Of a stretch of 39,073 nt of DNA, positions 1 through 11,322 are shown in pieces (positions within the stretch are counted from its first letter, which is position 1; every line of letters begins with the position of its first letter). This DNA comes from Gemmatimonadota bacterium. Its GTDB lineage: Bacteria > Gemmatimonadota > Gemmatimonadetes > Longimicrobiales > RSA9. The stretch is from NCBI GenBank assembly GCA_040905425.1, contig JBBDRO010000039.1:3425-42497 (forward strand), written 5' to 3'. The notes beneath the pieces are model-generated. The model ran no database searches. It was not told where the DNA came from and saw only the letters and a program-made list of their open reading frames with translations. The translations under genes were made by a program, and so were the position numbers.

Positions 1-40
1 GGGCGGCCCGTCAGCGTGAACGGACGTGCGTCAGGAAGTC

Positions 41-277
41 CTAGGCGTCCTCCTCGTCCTCGTCATCCTCCCACTCGTCCTCGTCCCAGTCGTCGTCGTC
101 CTCTTCGTCCCAGTCGTCGTCCCAGTCTTCCTCGTCGTCCCAGTCGTCGTCATCCTCGTCGAGGTCCTCCTCATCCCAGTCCTCCTCGAGGTCCTCCTCG
201 TCGTCGGCACTGGCAAGGATGTCGAGGTCCGCGGCTTTCCATGCGGCGCTGCGGCGCCGGATCAGCACGTCCGCCAT
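41..277 (-). CDS. Small extremely acidic protein (78 aa, D/E-rich tail punctuated by Trp)
   Basis: ATG at 277 preceded by AGGAGAG Shine-Dalgarno; TAG at 41-43; 45 of residues 25-77 are D/E; promoter-like element upstream. Confidence 0.75.
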   Translation of the reverse strand: MADVLIRRRSAAWKAADLDILASADDEEDLEEDWDEEDLDEDDDDWDDEEDWDDDWDEEDDDDWDEDEWEDDEDEEDA

Positions 278-346
278 GTGGGGCTCTCCTTGGACTCAGG
301 CGGTAATCAGGAACCGGGCAAGGAGGGCAACCCTCCGCGCGAGGCC

Positions 347-374
347 AAGGTATACACGCCCTTCGGTGTGTCAA
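347..374 (-). promoter_or_regulatory. Sigma70-type promoter for the acidic protein gene
   Basis: Minus strand TTGACA (374-369), 16 nt, TACCTT (352-347), preceded by A-rich GAAAAGAAAA (UP-like). Confidence 0.6.
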
Positions 375-385
375 GCCTTTTCTTT

Positions 386-1267
386 TCAGCCGGCTCCGCC
401 GGGCTCCGCCGACGCGCTCAGGGCACCGGCCATCCAGGAGGCCAGCGGCGTCTGCCGCACACCGAATTCCGCGGCCAGGGGAACGGTGTCGAACGCGCTC
501 TCGTAGGTCTCGAAGCCCGCCGCCATGGCGGCCACCATGGGCGGCAGGCCGGGCAGTTGCGCGCCCGGCTCCACGTACGCCACTTCCAGCGGCCGTCCGA
601 CCACGTCCTCGGCCACCTGAACCACGTCCCGCCAGCTGAGGGCCTGCGGCCCGCCCACCACGAGCGTTCGGCCGCGTGCGGCCGGAGAGGTAGCGGCGGC
701 CACGGTGAAGGCGGCCACGTCCGCCATGGCAATGAACGTGTGCCGGTGCGTTCCGGGACGCACCAGCGTAACCGGCCGGCCCTCGGCCAGCGGCATGCCC
801 ACGATCATGCCCACCCAGACGTCCATGAAGACGTTGGGCTGCAGGATGGTCCACGCCATCCCGCTCTCGCGGAGCGTCCGCTCCGCTGCCGCCTTGGCCT
901 GGAAGAACGGCACCGGGCTGTCGTCGCTGGCTCCCACGGCGGACACGAACACGAAGTGCTCTACCCCGGCGTCCGCGGCCGCCTGGATGAGGCTAAGGTT
1001 CCCCGCACGGTCCACGCTGTCCACCGTGTCCGGCTCGGCGCGGCCCGCGCTGTTGGCCGTCGTGACCACCGCGCTCACCCCCGCGCATGCCCGCGCGAGC
1101 GACGCGGGATCCTTCAGATCCCCCTCCACGGGCTCGGCGCCCGCTTGGATCAACGCGCTGGCGTCCGAACCGGGCCGGACCAGGATGCGCAGAGTGTGTC
1201 CGCGGGCCAGGAGTTGGCCCGCCACGCTGCTTCCGAGAGCGCCGGTGGCGCCGACCACGAGATGCAT
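386..1267 (-). CDS. NAD(P)-binding atypical SDR / NmrA-like oxidoreductase
   Basis: VVGATGALG Rossmann motif, HFVFVS, K..AE..LRESGMAWTILQP; start moved to ATG 1267 (GGAG upstream). Confidence 0.88.
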   Translation of the reverse strand: MHLVVGATGALGSSVAGQLLARGHTLRILVRPGSDASALIQAGAEPVEGDLKDPASLARACAGVSAVVTTANSAGRAEPDTVDSVDRAGNLSLIQAAADAGVEHFVFVSAVGASDDSPVPFFQAKAAAERTLRESGMAWTILQPNVFMDVWVGMIVGMPLAEGRPVTLVRPGTHRHTFIAMADVAAFTVAAATSPAARGRTLVVGGPQALSWRDVVQVAEDVVGRPLEVAYVEPGAQLPGLPPMVAAMAAGFETYESAFDTVPLAAEFGVRQTPLASWMAGALSASAEPGGAG

Positions 1268-1358
1268 GGCATGCTCCGGAGTGGGGGAAAACGGGACCGC
1301 CACGCGGCCGCGCGGCTGCCGAAATATAGGGAGGCGGGGTGCCCCCCGGAAAGAAGCC

Positions 1359-3215
<1,857 letters not shown>

Positions 3216-3278
3216 GGCTTCATCCGGCGCCCGGGGACGCCGGCCTCATGTGCGTGCGCGTGTGAAAGACAGCCGATT

Positions 3279-3307
3279 ATTCTAGCGGCACCCGGTACCC
3301 CTGTGAA
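3279..3307 (-). promoter_or_regulatory. Sigma70-type promoter of typA
   Basis: Minus strand TTCACA (3307-3302), 17 nt, TAGAAT (3284-3279). Confidence 0.65.
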
Positions 3308-3507
3308 GGGCGCCAGGTCCTGCGTGGCGGGTGAAGCAGGGTTCGTTCCGTAAGCGACGATGCCCGGCGGCGCACCGGAGTAGCGCGCCGCCCGCGGCGG
3401 CGAACCGCGCGCCGGGGCGCCAGCGCTCCCCGCGGCGGCCGTGGCACCGTGCGCGGCCCGGCGATGCGCGCCGCGGGCGCGCCGGAAACGCTGAGCGGGG
3501 ACGTCGC

Positions 3508-4401
3508 TTAGACGGGCTCGTCCCCGATCCGGTACATGCGGGGGTGATCGATCTGGATGGTCACGTGCTCGATGCCGAAGTCGTGGTGCATGCGCTCGTG
3601 GATGCGCCGGATGACCTCCTGCCCGGCCGCCGGATCGCGCACCTGGACGTGGCAGCTCATGGCGTGGAAGCCGCTGGTCAGCGTCCAGACGTGGAGGTCC
3701 CGGACGGCCTCCACGCGCGGCACTTCCTGGATGGCGGCGCGCACCTCGGCCAGCTCCACGTGGCGGGGCACGGCCTCCAGCAGGATGTCCGTGGACTCCC
3801 GCACCAGGCGCCAGCTCCCCACCAGGATGAGCGTGGCCACCACGGCGGAGATGATGGGGTCGGCCGGCGTCCAGCCGGTCCACAGGATGACCACCGCGGC
3901 ACCGATGGCGCCCACGGAGCCGAGCAGGTCGCCCAGCACGTGGAGGTAGGCCCCGCGCACGTTGTGGCTGTGGCCGGCCGAGGCGTGCAGCATGGCCGCC
4001 GCCACCAGGTTGACCAGCAGCCCCACCGAGGCCACGCCCAGCATGAGGCCGCCCGCCACCTCGGGCGGGTCCATGAGGCGGCGCCAGGCGTGCCAGTAGA
4101 TGAGCAGCGCGATGACCACCAGCGTGACGCCGTTGATGAGCGCCGCCAGGATCTCGAAGCGCAGCCAGCCGTAGGTGCGCACTTCCGTGGCGGGGCGCGT
4201 GGCGAACCACATGGCAAAGGCGGACAGGCCCAGGGCGGCCACGTCGCTCAGCATGTGGCCGGCGTCGGCCATGAGCGCCAGGGAATTGGCCATGAGGCCG
4301 CCCACGAACTCCACCACCATGTAGACGGCGGTGAAGGCCAGCACGATCAGCAGCCGGCGGCGCCCCACGTCCCGATGGTGGTCGTGCGTGTGGTCGCTCA
4401 C
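3508..4401 (-). CDS. Cation diffusion facilitator (CzcD/ZitB-like Zn/Co/Cd efflux)
   Basis: His-rich N-terminus, SLALMADAGHMLSD, AYLHVLGDLLGS, DLHVWTLT, HVTIQID; GTG 4401 overlaps upstream TGA (GTGA). Confidence 0.93.
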   Translation of the reverse strand: MSDHTHDHHRDVGRRRLLIVLAFTAVYMVVEFVGGLMANSLALMADAGHMLSDVAALGLSAFAMWFATRPATEVRTYGWLRFEILAALINGVTLVVIALLIYWHAWRRLMDPPEVAGGLMLGVASVGLLVNLVAAAMLHASAGHSHNVRGAYLHVLGDLLGSVGAIGAAVVILWTGWTPADPIISAVVATLILVGSWRLVRESTDILLEAVPRHVELAEVRAAIQEVPRVEAVRDLHVWTLTSGFHAMSCHVQVRDPAAGQEVIRRIHERMHHDFGIEHVTIQIDHPRMYRIGDEPV

Positions 4402-4835
4402 CCCGCCCACCAGGCCGAGTCGGCCACCACCACGAGGGTGCGTCGCGTGTCCAGCTCCAGGCTGAGTGGGGTCAGCCGTAGCTCGCCGTCCGGCAGGCCG
4501 CGCACAATGAAGATCAACGGCTCGCCGGCGGGCACGGGCGCCAGCTCCACCAGGGTGCCGGCCGCCGCGCTGCCGATGCCCACCTCCCCGCCGGGCCCGG
4601 CGGCCGGGCGGTAGACCACCGCCACGGCAAAGCCGGAACGATTGTGGGCCGACACGTGGGCCAGCGCGGCGGTGTGGCGGGCGGCGTCATCGGCCTCCTG
4701 GGCGGCGTCCCGCGCGGCATGGGCGCAGCCCGGCAGGACGGCGGCACCGGCAAGAAGGAGCAGGATGCGGTGGACGGCCGGGCGGGCAGGGCGGCGCGCA
4801 GGCGCATGCGGCCGCAAGCGCGGCGGGGCGCTCAC
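4398..4835 (-). CDS. Hypothetical lipoprotein
   Basis: Basic N-terminus, hydrophobic stretch and LPGC lipobox; GTGA overlaps with both neighbours. Confidence 0.7.
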   Translation of the reverse strand: MSAPPRLRPHAPARRPARPAVHRILLLLAGAAVLPGCAHAARDAAQEADDAARHTAALAHVSAHNRSGFAVAVVYRPAAGPGGEVGIGSAAAGTLVELAPVPAGEPLIFIVRGLPDGELRLTPLSLELDTRRTLVVVADSAWWAG

Positions 4836-5617
4836 GTGTCCAGGGCGCGCAGGAAGGCCAGCACTTCCTCCGGGGAGCGGAGCCAGGCACTGGCCCGCGT
4901 GTCGGCGGGCGGCGCGTCGGCCACCAGGATCCCCGGACCGTGCCCAGCAAGGGCTGCGAAAGCGTCCTCGTCGGTGCGGTCGTCGCCGATGAAGAAGGCC
5001 GGGGCGTCGGGTGTATCGCCCAGCAGGGCGTCCACCAGGAAGAGCGCAGCGCGCCCCTTGTCCCAGTCCACGTCGGGGCGGATCTCCACCACCATCTTGC
5101 CCTCCGTCAGGCGGACGCCCGGCACGGCGGCCGCGGCCGCGCGCACGGCCTGCACAACGTGGTCGGCACGACCGGGATCGGCCAGGCGGCGGTAGTGGAC
5201 GGACAGCGTGAGCCCCTTGTCCTCCACCTGGGCGCCCGCCACGCCGCCCAGCTCCGCCCGCAGGCGGTCGGCCAGCGCGGCCAGGCGCGGCTCGGCGGCC
5301 GCCGCCTCCTCGTGCACGCGGTCCACCCCGGGGCCGTGGATCTCGAGGCCGTGATTGCCGGCGTAGTGCACGCCCTCCACACCCACCCGCTGGCGGGCGT
5401 CGGCCATGCCGCGGCCGCTCACGATGGCCACGCGGGTGTCCGCGCGCGCCGCGAGCGAGCGCAGCACCTCGCGGATGCCGGAGAGCGGCGCGGCGTCCTC
5501 GGGCCGGTCCACGATGGGGGCCAGCGTGCCGTCGAAGTCCAGCGCGGCCAGCATCCGTCCGGCCGCGGCGCGACGGCGGAGCAGATCGGGGATCAGTTCA
5601 TCGGCGTGGGGCAGCAT
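4832..5617 (-). CDS. otsB: Trehalose-6-phosphate phosphatase (HAD IIB)
   Basis: LDFDGTLAPI, IVSGR, GNHGLE, HYR, GKMVVEIRP..WDKG, GDDRTDEDAF; real gene is only the C-terminal 261 aa of the 1709-aa ORF. Confidence 0.93.
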   Translation of the reverse strand: MLPHADELIPDLLRRRAAAGRMLAALDFDGTLAPIVDRPEDAAPLSGIREVLRSLAARADTRVAIVSGRGMADARQRVGVEGVHYAGNHGLEIHGPGVDRVHEEAAAAEPRLAALADRLRAELGGVAGAQVEDKGLTLSVHYRRLADPGRADHVVQAVRAAAAAVPGVRLTEGKMVVEIRPDVDWDKGRAALFLVDALLGDTPDAPAFFIGDDRTDEDAFAALAGHGPGILVADAPPADTRASAWLRSPEEVLAFLRALDT

Positions 5618-5672
5618 CGGGCCCAGACTAACGCCCCGTCCGCGAGGGGGCAAACCAGCGGCCGGGGTCACG

Positions 5673-5701
5673 TTGCCGCGTCCCTCCGCCCCCGCTAACT
5701 T
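5673..5701 (+). promoter_or_regulatory. Sigma70-type promoter for the lipoprotein-dnaE-accA-ricT-metG run
   Basis: TTGCCG (5673-5678), 17 nt, TAACTT (5696-5701). Confidence 0.5.
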
Positions 5702-5740
5702 TGGTCCCTCGGGAGTTCCCCACTTCTCGCAACTCCTCTG

Positions 5741-6751
5741 ATGCCAATGAGATCCGCCATTCTGACAGCGGCAGCGGCAGGCCTGGTGACCCTCACCGGC
5801 TGTGACGGCGACTCCTTCGGGCAGGCGCTCGGCACCGAGGACAGCATCATCGTCCTGGCGGTCGATTCCCTGTGGGCGGAGATCGGTGACAGCATGAGCT
5901 CCGCCATGGAGCCCGAGGTGGTCACCGTGCGCAGCGACCCCACCTTTCAACTCACCCAGGTCTCGCCGGACACGGACATGACCTGGAATGACCTGAAGCG
6001 CTTCAAGCGGGTGCTGGCCATCGGCGTGGCCGGGGACTCCTGGGTGGCCGAGGCGCTGGCGCACGCCGGGGCCACGCCGCAGGCGCCGGCCGTGGTGGAA
6101 ACCGACGACGTGTGGTCGCGCGGGCAGGACGTGGTGGCCGTGGTGGTGCCGGCGGCGGAGCCCGCGCGGGCCGTGCTGGACACCGTGGTGTGGCTGGCCG
6201 CGCGCTATGACCAGGCGTTCCGAGACTACGCGGTGCGCCGCATGTACAGCTCGGCGCCCGACACGGCGCTGCGCGATTCCCTTGCCGGCGTGGCCGGCTT
6301 CTCCCTGCTGCCGCCTTCGGTCTATCAGCATGAGCGTGTGGGTGAGGACGCGTGGGTCTTCACCAGCGCCACTACCACGGGCGGCAACCTGTTCCGCACC
6401 TTCGTCGTGGCGCCGGTCCCGGGCGCGGGGCTCCCCGAGCCGGCCCGCCTGCTGGCCTGGCGGGACTCCATCTCCACCCTGGCGCACCGGCCGCCGCAGA
6501 CCACGCGGGAAGAGCTGGTGCGGGTGGACACGCTGCGCACGGACGCGGGAGAGGTCCTGGAGATCCAGGGGGTCTGGGCCGTGGAGGACCCCACCTGGCC
6601 GATGTCGGGACCGTTCATCATGCGGGCCATTCCCTGCCCCGCCCAGGATCGGACGTTCTTCGTGGACGCCTACCTGTTCGCGCCGAACCGCGCCAAGTAC
6701 GAGTACGTGATCCAGCTCGAGACCATCCTGAACACCTTTGCCTGCGCCTGA
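5741..6751 (+). CDS. Lipoprotein, probably DUF4837 family
   Basis: LTGC lipobox; DVWSRGQ.V, IQGVW...MSGPF and AYLFAP..AKYEYVIQLETILNTF resemble DUF4837 as remembered. Confidence 0.7.
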   Translation: MPMRSAILTAAAAGLVTLTGCDGDSFGQALGTEDSIIVLAVDSLWAEIGDSMSSAMEPEVVTVRSDPTFQLTQVSPDTDMTWNDLKRFKRVLAIGVAGDSWVAEALAHAGATPQAPAVVETDDVWSRGQDVVAVVVPAAEPARAVLDTVVWLAARYDQAFRDYAVRRMYSSAPDTALRDSLAGVAGFSLLPPSVYQHERVGEDAWVFTSATTTGGNLFRTFVVAPVPGAGLPEPARLLAWRDSISTLAHRPPQTTREELVRVDTLRTDAGEVLEIQGVWAVEDPTWPMSGPFIMRAIPCPAQDRTFFVDAYLFAPNRAKYEYVIQLETILNTFACA

Positions 6752-6757
6752 GAGCGG

Positions 6758-9700
6758 ATGTCCTTCGTACACCTCCATACGCACAGCGAGTTCTCCCTGC
6801 TCGACGGGGCCAACCGCCTCACGGACCTGGTGCGCCGCGCACGGGAGTTCGAGATGCCGGCGCTGGCCCTCACCGATCACGGCTGCATGTTCGGCGCGTG
6901 GCAGTTTCATCAGCTGGCCAGGAAGAACGGGCTCAAGCCGATCCTGGGCATGGAGGCCTACGTGGCGCCGGGGGATCGGCGCCAGCGCATCGTGGGGCGC
7001 CGCGAGGACGGCGGCGCGGAGGACAAGTACTACCACCTGGTGCTGCTGGCGCGGGACCTGACCGGCTACCGCAACCTGGTGCGCCTGACGTCGCTCGGCT
7101 ACCTGGAGGGGTTTTACCACAAGCCGCGCGTGGATCGCGAACTGCTGGCCCGCTACGGGGACGGCATCATCGTCAGCTCCGCCTGCATGGCGGGGGAGGT
7201 GGCCCGCCACCTCATGGCCGGGCGGCAGGACGCCGCCCGGGAGGCGGCCGCGTGGTACGCGGACACCTTTCCGGGCCGCTACTACCTCGAGGTACAGGGC
7301 CACGACACGCCCGGGCAGCATGAGCTGAACGGGCAGGTGCTGGCGCTCGGCGAAGAACTCGGACTCCCCGTCGTGGCCACGAACGACGCCCATTTCCTCC
7401 GCGCCGACGACCATGACGCGCACGACGTCCTGCTGTGCATCGGGCTGGGCAAGGACCGCGGGGACGAGAACCGCATGCGCTACGACGGGGGGCTCTACTT
7501 CAAGAGCGGCCCGGAGATGGCGGAGCGCTTCCCGGGGCGGCCCGACGTCCTCGAGAACACGCTGGCCATCGCGGACCAGGTGGACGTCACTTTCGAAAAG
7601 AAGTACTACGTGCCGGCCTTCCCGCTGCCGGCCGGACACACGGACGAGGGTGCCTACCTGCGCGCGCTGGCGGAACAGGGCACGCGGGCGCGCTACGGTG
7701 AGACGCTCTCCGACGAGGTGCGGGAGCGCCTGGCCTTCGAGCTGGACGTCATCGTGGGCACCGGCTACTCCGGCTACTTCCTGATCACCGCCGACTTCAT
7801 CAACTGGGCACGGGAGCACGGCATTCCCGTGGGCCCGGGGCGCGGCTCGGCGGCCGGCTCGATCGTGGCGTACGCGCTGGGGATCACGGACGTGGATCCG
7901 CTGGCCTTCGACCTGCTCTTCGAGCGCTTCCTGAATCCCGAGCGCGTGTCCATGCCGGACATCGACGTGGACTTCTGCTACGAGCGCCGCGGCGAGGTCA
8001 TCGAGTACGTCCGCGACCGCTACGGCAAGGAGGCGGTGGGGCAGATCATCACCTTCGGCACCATGAAGTCGCGGGCGGTGGTGCGGGACGTGGGTCGCGT
8101 GCTGGGCTTCGAACTGTCGGAGACCGACCGCCTGGCCAAGCTCATCCCGAACGCGCCCAACAACAGCCTCACGCTGCGCGAGGCGGCCGAGCAGATCACC
8201 GAACTGCGCGACCTGGTGGCGTCGGACGCGCGGGTGGCGCAGCTGGTGGAGTACGCGCAGGTGCTGGAGGGGCTCAGCCGCCACGCCAGCGTGCACGCGG
8301 CGGGCGTGGTCATCGCGCCCGGACCGGTCCACGAGTACGTACCGGTGTGCACGCAGTCCACGCGCGGGTCGGGGGGGGACGGCGGCAGCCAGGACGGCGT
8401 CATGGTCACCCAGTGGGACATGAACGCGCTGGAACAGGCCGGCATGCTCAAGATGGACTTCCTGGGCCTGAAGACGCTCACCGTGATCCATGACGCCGTG
8501 GACTGGATCCGGCGGCTGCACGGCTCCCTGCGGCATCCGGACACGGCCGCGGAGTACGCGCGCATCAAGGACGTGCCGCTGGACGACCCGGCGGTCTACG
8601 ACATGCTGGCGCGCGGCGGCACCACGGGTGTGTTCCAGTTCGAGTCGAGCCTGGCCACGGACAAGCTGCGCGCCATGCGCTGTGACCGCTTCGAGGACCT
8701 GGTGGCCACCAACGCCCTCATCCGCCCCGGCCCGCTGGACAGCGGCATGACCGACGTCTACATCCGCCGCAAGCTGGGCAAGGAGGAGGTGCGCTACCCC
8801 CACGCCATGCTGGCGGAGGTACTGGCGCCGACGTACGGCGTCATCACCTACCAGGAGCAGGTGATGCGCATGGCGCAGGTGATGGGGGACTTCTCGCTGG
8901 CCGAGGCGGACGTACTGCGCAAGGCGGTGGGCAAGAAGGACGCGGAGCTGATCCAGAAGGAGCTGGGCCGCTTCAAGGAGCGGGCGGTGGCCAAGGGCGT
9001 GGACGAGCGCACGGTGGATGACATTGCCGAGCAGGTGGTCACCTTCGGCCGCTACGGCTTCAACCGCTCCCACTCCGTGGCCTACGCCCTGCTCAGCTAC
9101 CAGACGGCCTGGCTGAAGCGGCACTATCCCGCCGAATTCATGGCCGCGCTGCTCTCCTCCGTCGTGGACAAAACCGACGATGTGGTCCACTATATTGCGG
9201 AGTGTCGGGACCTGGGACGCTACATTCCAGGGCACGAGGAGGGCATCGAGGTCCTGGCGCCGGACGTGAACGAGTCGGAACGCAAGTTCACGCCGGTGTC
9301 GGACACGCAGATTCGCTTCGGCCTGGGCGCGCTGCGGGGGCTGGGCGCGGGCGCGGTGAACGCCATCATCGATGCGCGCCGCGCCGAGGGCGCCTTCACC
9401 ACCATCTTCGAGCTGGCCGACCGGGTGGAGCTGCGCACCGTGGGCAAGCGTGCCCTGGAGGCGCTCATCCTGGCCGGCGCGTGCGATGCGCTGACCGACC
9501 GCGCCGGCAGCGGCGCCGGCAACCGCGCCCGCCTGGCCGCGGGCCTGGACACCGTGGTGCGTGAGGCCCAGCTCCGGCAGGAGGAGCGCGCCCACGGGCA
9601 GGCGTCCCTCTTCGACCTGGGCGGTGTGGACGAGGGATTGCCGGAGCGCCCGGAGCCCCAGCTCCCCGACGTGGCGCCGTGGCCCGAATCCGATCGGCTG

Positions 9701-10345
9701 GCCCGCGAGAAGGAGGTGCTCGGCTTCTTCATCAGCGGGCACCCGCTGGACCGCTACCGTGACGAGGTGCGCGCGTTCGGGCAGGTGACCACCACGGCGC
9801 TGAAGGAGTACCGGGACCAGAAGATCGAACTGGCGTGCGTCGTGACGGCGGTGAGCCGGCAGATCTCCAAGCGCAACGGTGCGGCGTGGGGGCGGATCAC
9901 CGTGGAGGACTATCACGGCACCGCCACCGTCCTGGCGTTCGGCGACGTGTGGGAGGAACACCGGGAGCGGCTGGTGCAGGACGCGCCGGTGCTGCTGCGC
10001 GGCTCCGTCTCCGGGCGGGACCGGGACGAGGAGGATCCGCCGATCTTCCTGGATGACGTGATCGCCCTGGAGGAGCTGCGCGGCAGCGGCCTCTTTGCGG
10101 TGGAGTTGGCCCTCGGTCCCGAGGCCGGGGCGGAAGCGCTCGAGCGGGCCACCGAGGCGCTGTCCGCCAGCCCGGGTGACTCACCGCTGCTGGTGCGCTG
10201 GCGCAACGGGGGCGGAGAGAAGGGGGCGGTGCGCCTGCGCTCCCGCACGCTCAGGGTGCGTCCCGACGAGGCGCTGATGCGCACACTCCGCGAGCTCTTC
10301 GGCCGCGACGGGATCCGGCTGATCCGTACGCGGGCCGATTCATGA
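6758..10345 (+). CDS. dnaE: DNA polymerase III alpha subunit
   Basis: FVHLHTHSEFSLLDG PHP domain, GPGRGSAAGS, FERFLNPERVSMPDIDVDF, KMDFLGL, YGFNRSH, OB fold. Confidence 0.99.
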   Translation: MSFVHLHTHSEFSLLDGANRLTDLVRRAREFEMPALALTDHGCMFGAWQFHQLARKNGLKPILGMEAYVAPGDRRQRIVGRREDGGAEDKYYHLVLLARDLTGYRNLVRLTSLGYLEGFYHKPRVDRELLARYGDGIIVSSACMAGEVARHLMAGRQDAAREAAAWYADTFPGRYYLEVQGHDTPGQHELNGQVLALGEELGLPVVATNDAHFLRADDHDAHDVLLCIGLGKDRGDENRMRYDGGLYFKSGPEMAERFPGRPDVLENTLAIADQVDVTFEKKYYVPAFPLPAGHTDEGAYLRALAEQGTRARYGETLSDEVRERLAFELDVIVGTGYSGYFLITADFINWAREHGIPVGPGRGSAAGSIVAYALGITDVDPLAFDLLFERFLNPERVSMPDIDVDFCYERRGEVIEYVRDRYGKEAVGQIITFGTMKSRAVVRDVGRVLGFELSETDRLAKLIPNAPNNSLTLREAAEQITELRDLVASDARVAQLVEYAQVLEGLSRHASVHAAGVVIAPGPVHEYVPVCTQSTRGSGGDGGSQDGVMVTQWDMNALEQAGMLKMDFLGLKTLTVIHDAVDWIRRLHGSLRHPDTAAEYARIKDVPLDDPAVYDMLARGGTTGVFQFESSLATDKLRAMRCDRFEDLVATNALIRPGPLDSGMTDVYIRRKLGKEEVRYPHAMLAEVLAPTYGVITYQEQVMRMAQVMGDFSLAEADVLRKAVGKKDAELIQKELGRFKERAVAKGVDERTVDDIAEQVVTFGRYGFNRSHSVAYALLSYQTAWLKRHYPAEFMAALLSSVVDKTDDVVHYIAECRDLGRYIPGHEEGIEVLAPDVNESERKFTPVSDTQIRFGLGALRGLGAGAVNAIIDARRAEGAFTTIFELADRVELRTVGKRALEALILAGACDALTDRAGSGAGNRARLAAGLDTVVREAQLRQEERAHGQASLFDLGGVDEGLPERPEPQLPDVAPWPESDRLAREKEVLGFFISGHPLDRYRDEVRAFGQVTTTALKEYRDQKIELACVVTAVSRQISKRNGAAWGRITVEDYHGTATVLAFGDVWEEHRERLVQDAPVLLRGSVSGRDRDEEDPPIFLDDVIALEELRGSGLFAVELALGPEAGAEALERATEALSASPGDSPLLVRWRNGGGEKGAVRLRSRTLRVRPDEALMRTLRELFGRDGIRLIRTRADS

Positions 10346-10365
10346 TCCGCACTACGGATGGATAG

Positions 10366-11322
10366 ATGGCTGACAGCATGGACCGTGACATTGTCGAGCT
10401 CGAGGCGCAGCTGGCCCGACTCCGGGACCTGTCCGCGCGGCGCGGGCTGGACGTGGGCGGCGAGATCCGCAGCCTGGAGGCCAAACTGGACGACCTGAGG
10501 TCCGAGGCCTACCGCAACCTCTCGCCGGTGGACCGCGTGCAGCTGGCGCGCCACCCGAAACGCCCCTACACCCTGGACTACGTGGAGCACACCTTCACGG
10601 ATTTCATGGAACTGCACGGGGACCGGGCGTTCCGGGATGACGAGGCCATCGTGGGCGGCTGGGCGCGCCTCGAGGGGCGGACGGTGATGCTGGTGGGGCA
10701 GCAGAAGGGCCGCGACATGAAGGAGAACCTGCGGCGCAACTTCGGCATGCCGCACCCGGAGGGCTACCGGAAGGCGCTCCGGCTCTTCCAGCTGGCCGAG
10801 AAGTTCGGCCACCCCGTGATCACCCTGGTGGACACCCCGGGCGCATACCCGGGGATCGGCGCCGAGGAGCGCGGCCAGGCCGAGGCCATCGCCCGGAACC
10901 TGCGTGAGATGGCGCGCCTGCGCGTCCCCATCCTCACTACCGTCATCGGTGAGGGCGGCAGCGGTGGCGCGCTGGCGCTGGGCGTGTGCGACCGCCTGTT
11001 CATGTTCGAGAACTCCATCTACAGCGTCATCTCCCCCGAGGGCTGCGCAGCCATCCTGTGGAAGACACCCGCGGCCAAGGACCAGGCCGCCGAGGCGCTG
11101 CGCCTCACCGCGGCCGACCTGACCGGCCTGGGCGTGGCGGACGAGGTGCTGGAGGAGCCCGCCGGCGGCGCGCACCATGATCCGGAGACCGCCGCCCGCA
11201 CGCTGGGCGCGGCACTCCACCGGACGCTCGAGGAATTGTGCGCGCTGGACGGGGACGCGCTGCGCCGCCGCCGCTGGGCGCGCTACGAAGCGCTGGGCGC
11301 CTACCGCACGGTCGAGGCCTGA
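10366..11322 (+). CDS. accA: Acetyl-CoA carboxylase carboxyltransferase alpha subunit
   Basis: ARHPKRPYTLDY, NFGMPHPEGYRKALR, DTPGAYPGIGAEERGQ, GEGGSGGAL, YSVISPEGCA. Confidence 0.98.
   Translation: MADSMDRDIVELEAQLARLRDLSARRGLDVGGEIRSLEAKLDDLRSEAYRNLSPVDRVQLARHPKRPYTLDYVEHTFTDFMELHGDRAFRDDEAIVGGWARLEGRTVMLVGQQKGRDMKENLRRNFGMPHPEGYRKALRLFQLAEKFGHPVITLVDTPGAYPGIGAEERGQAEAIARNLREMARLRVPILTTVIGEGGSGGALALGVCDRLFMFENSIYSVISPEGCAAILWKTPAAKDQAAEALRLTAADLTGLGVADEVLEEPAGGAHHDPETAARTLGAALHRTLEELCALDGDALRRRRWARYEALGAYRTVEA

Noticed and set aside
354..386. Hairpin plus T-tract as an intrinsic terminator
   Set aside because: T-tract polarity fits a plus-strand transcript, for which no gene is visible; sequence fits a minus-strand promoter better
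3308..3507. Riboswitch in the GC-rich gap between the CDF gene and typA
   Set aside because: No recognisable aptamer; lies upstream of the predicted typA promoter; pairing explained by GC content
4832..9961. 1709-aa ORF ending in OtsB, suggesting a giant fusion
   Set aside because: Upstream part is the antisense shadow of dnaE and the lipoprotein gene; expected with strong GC3 bias
6758..10345. Inteins in DnaE or GyrA
   Set aside because: Lengths are normal and no intein motifs seen
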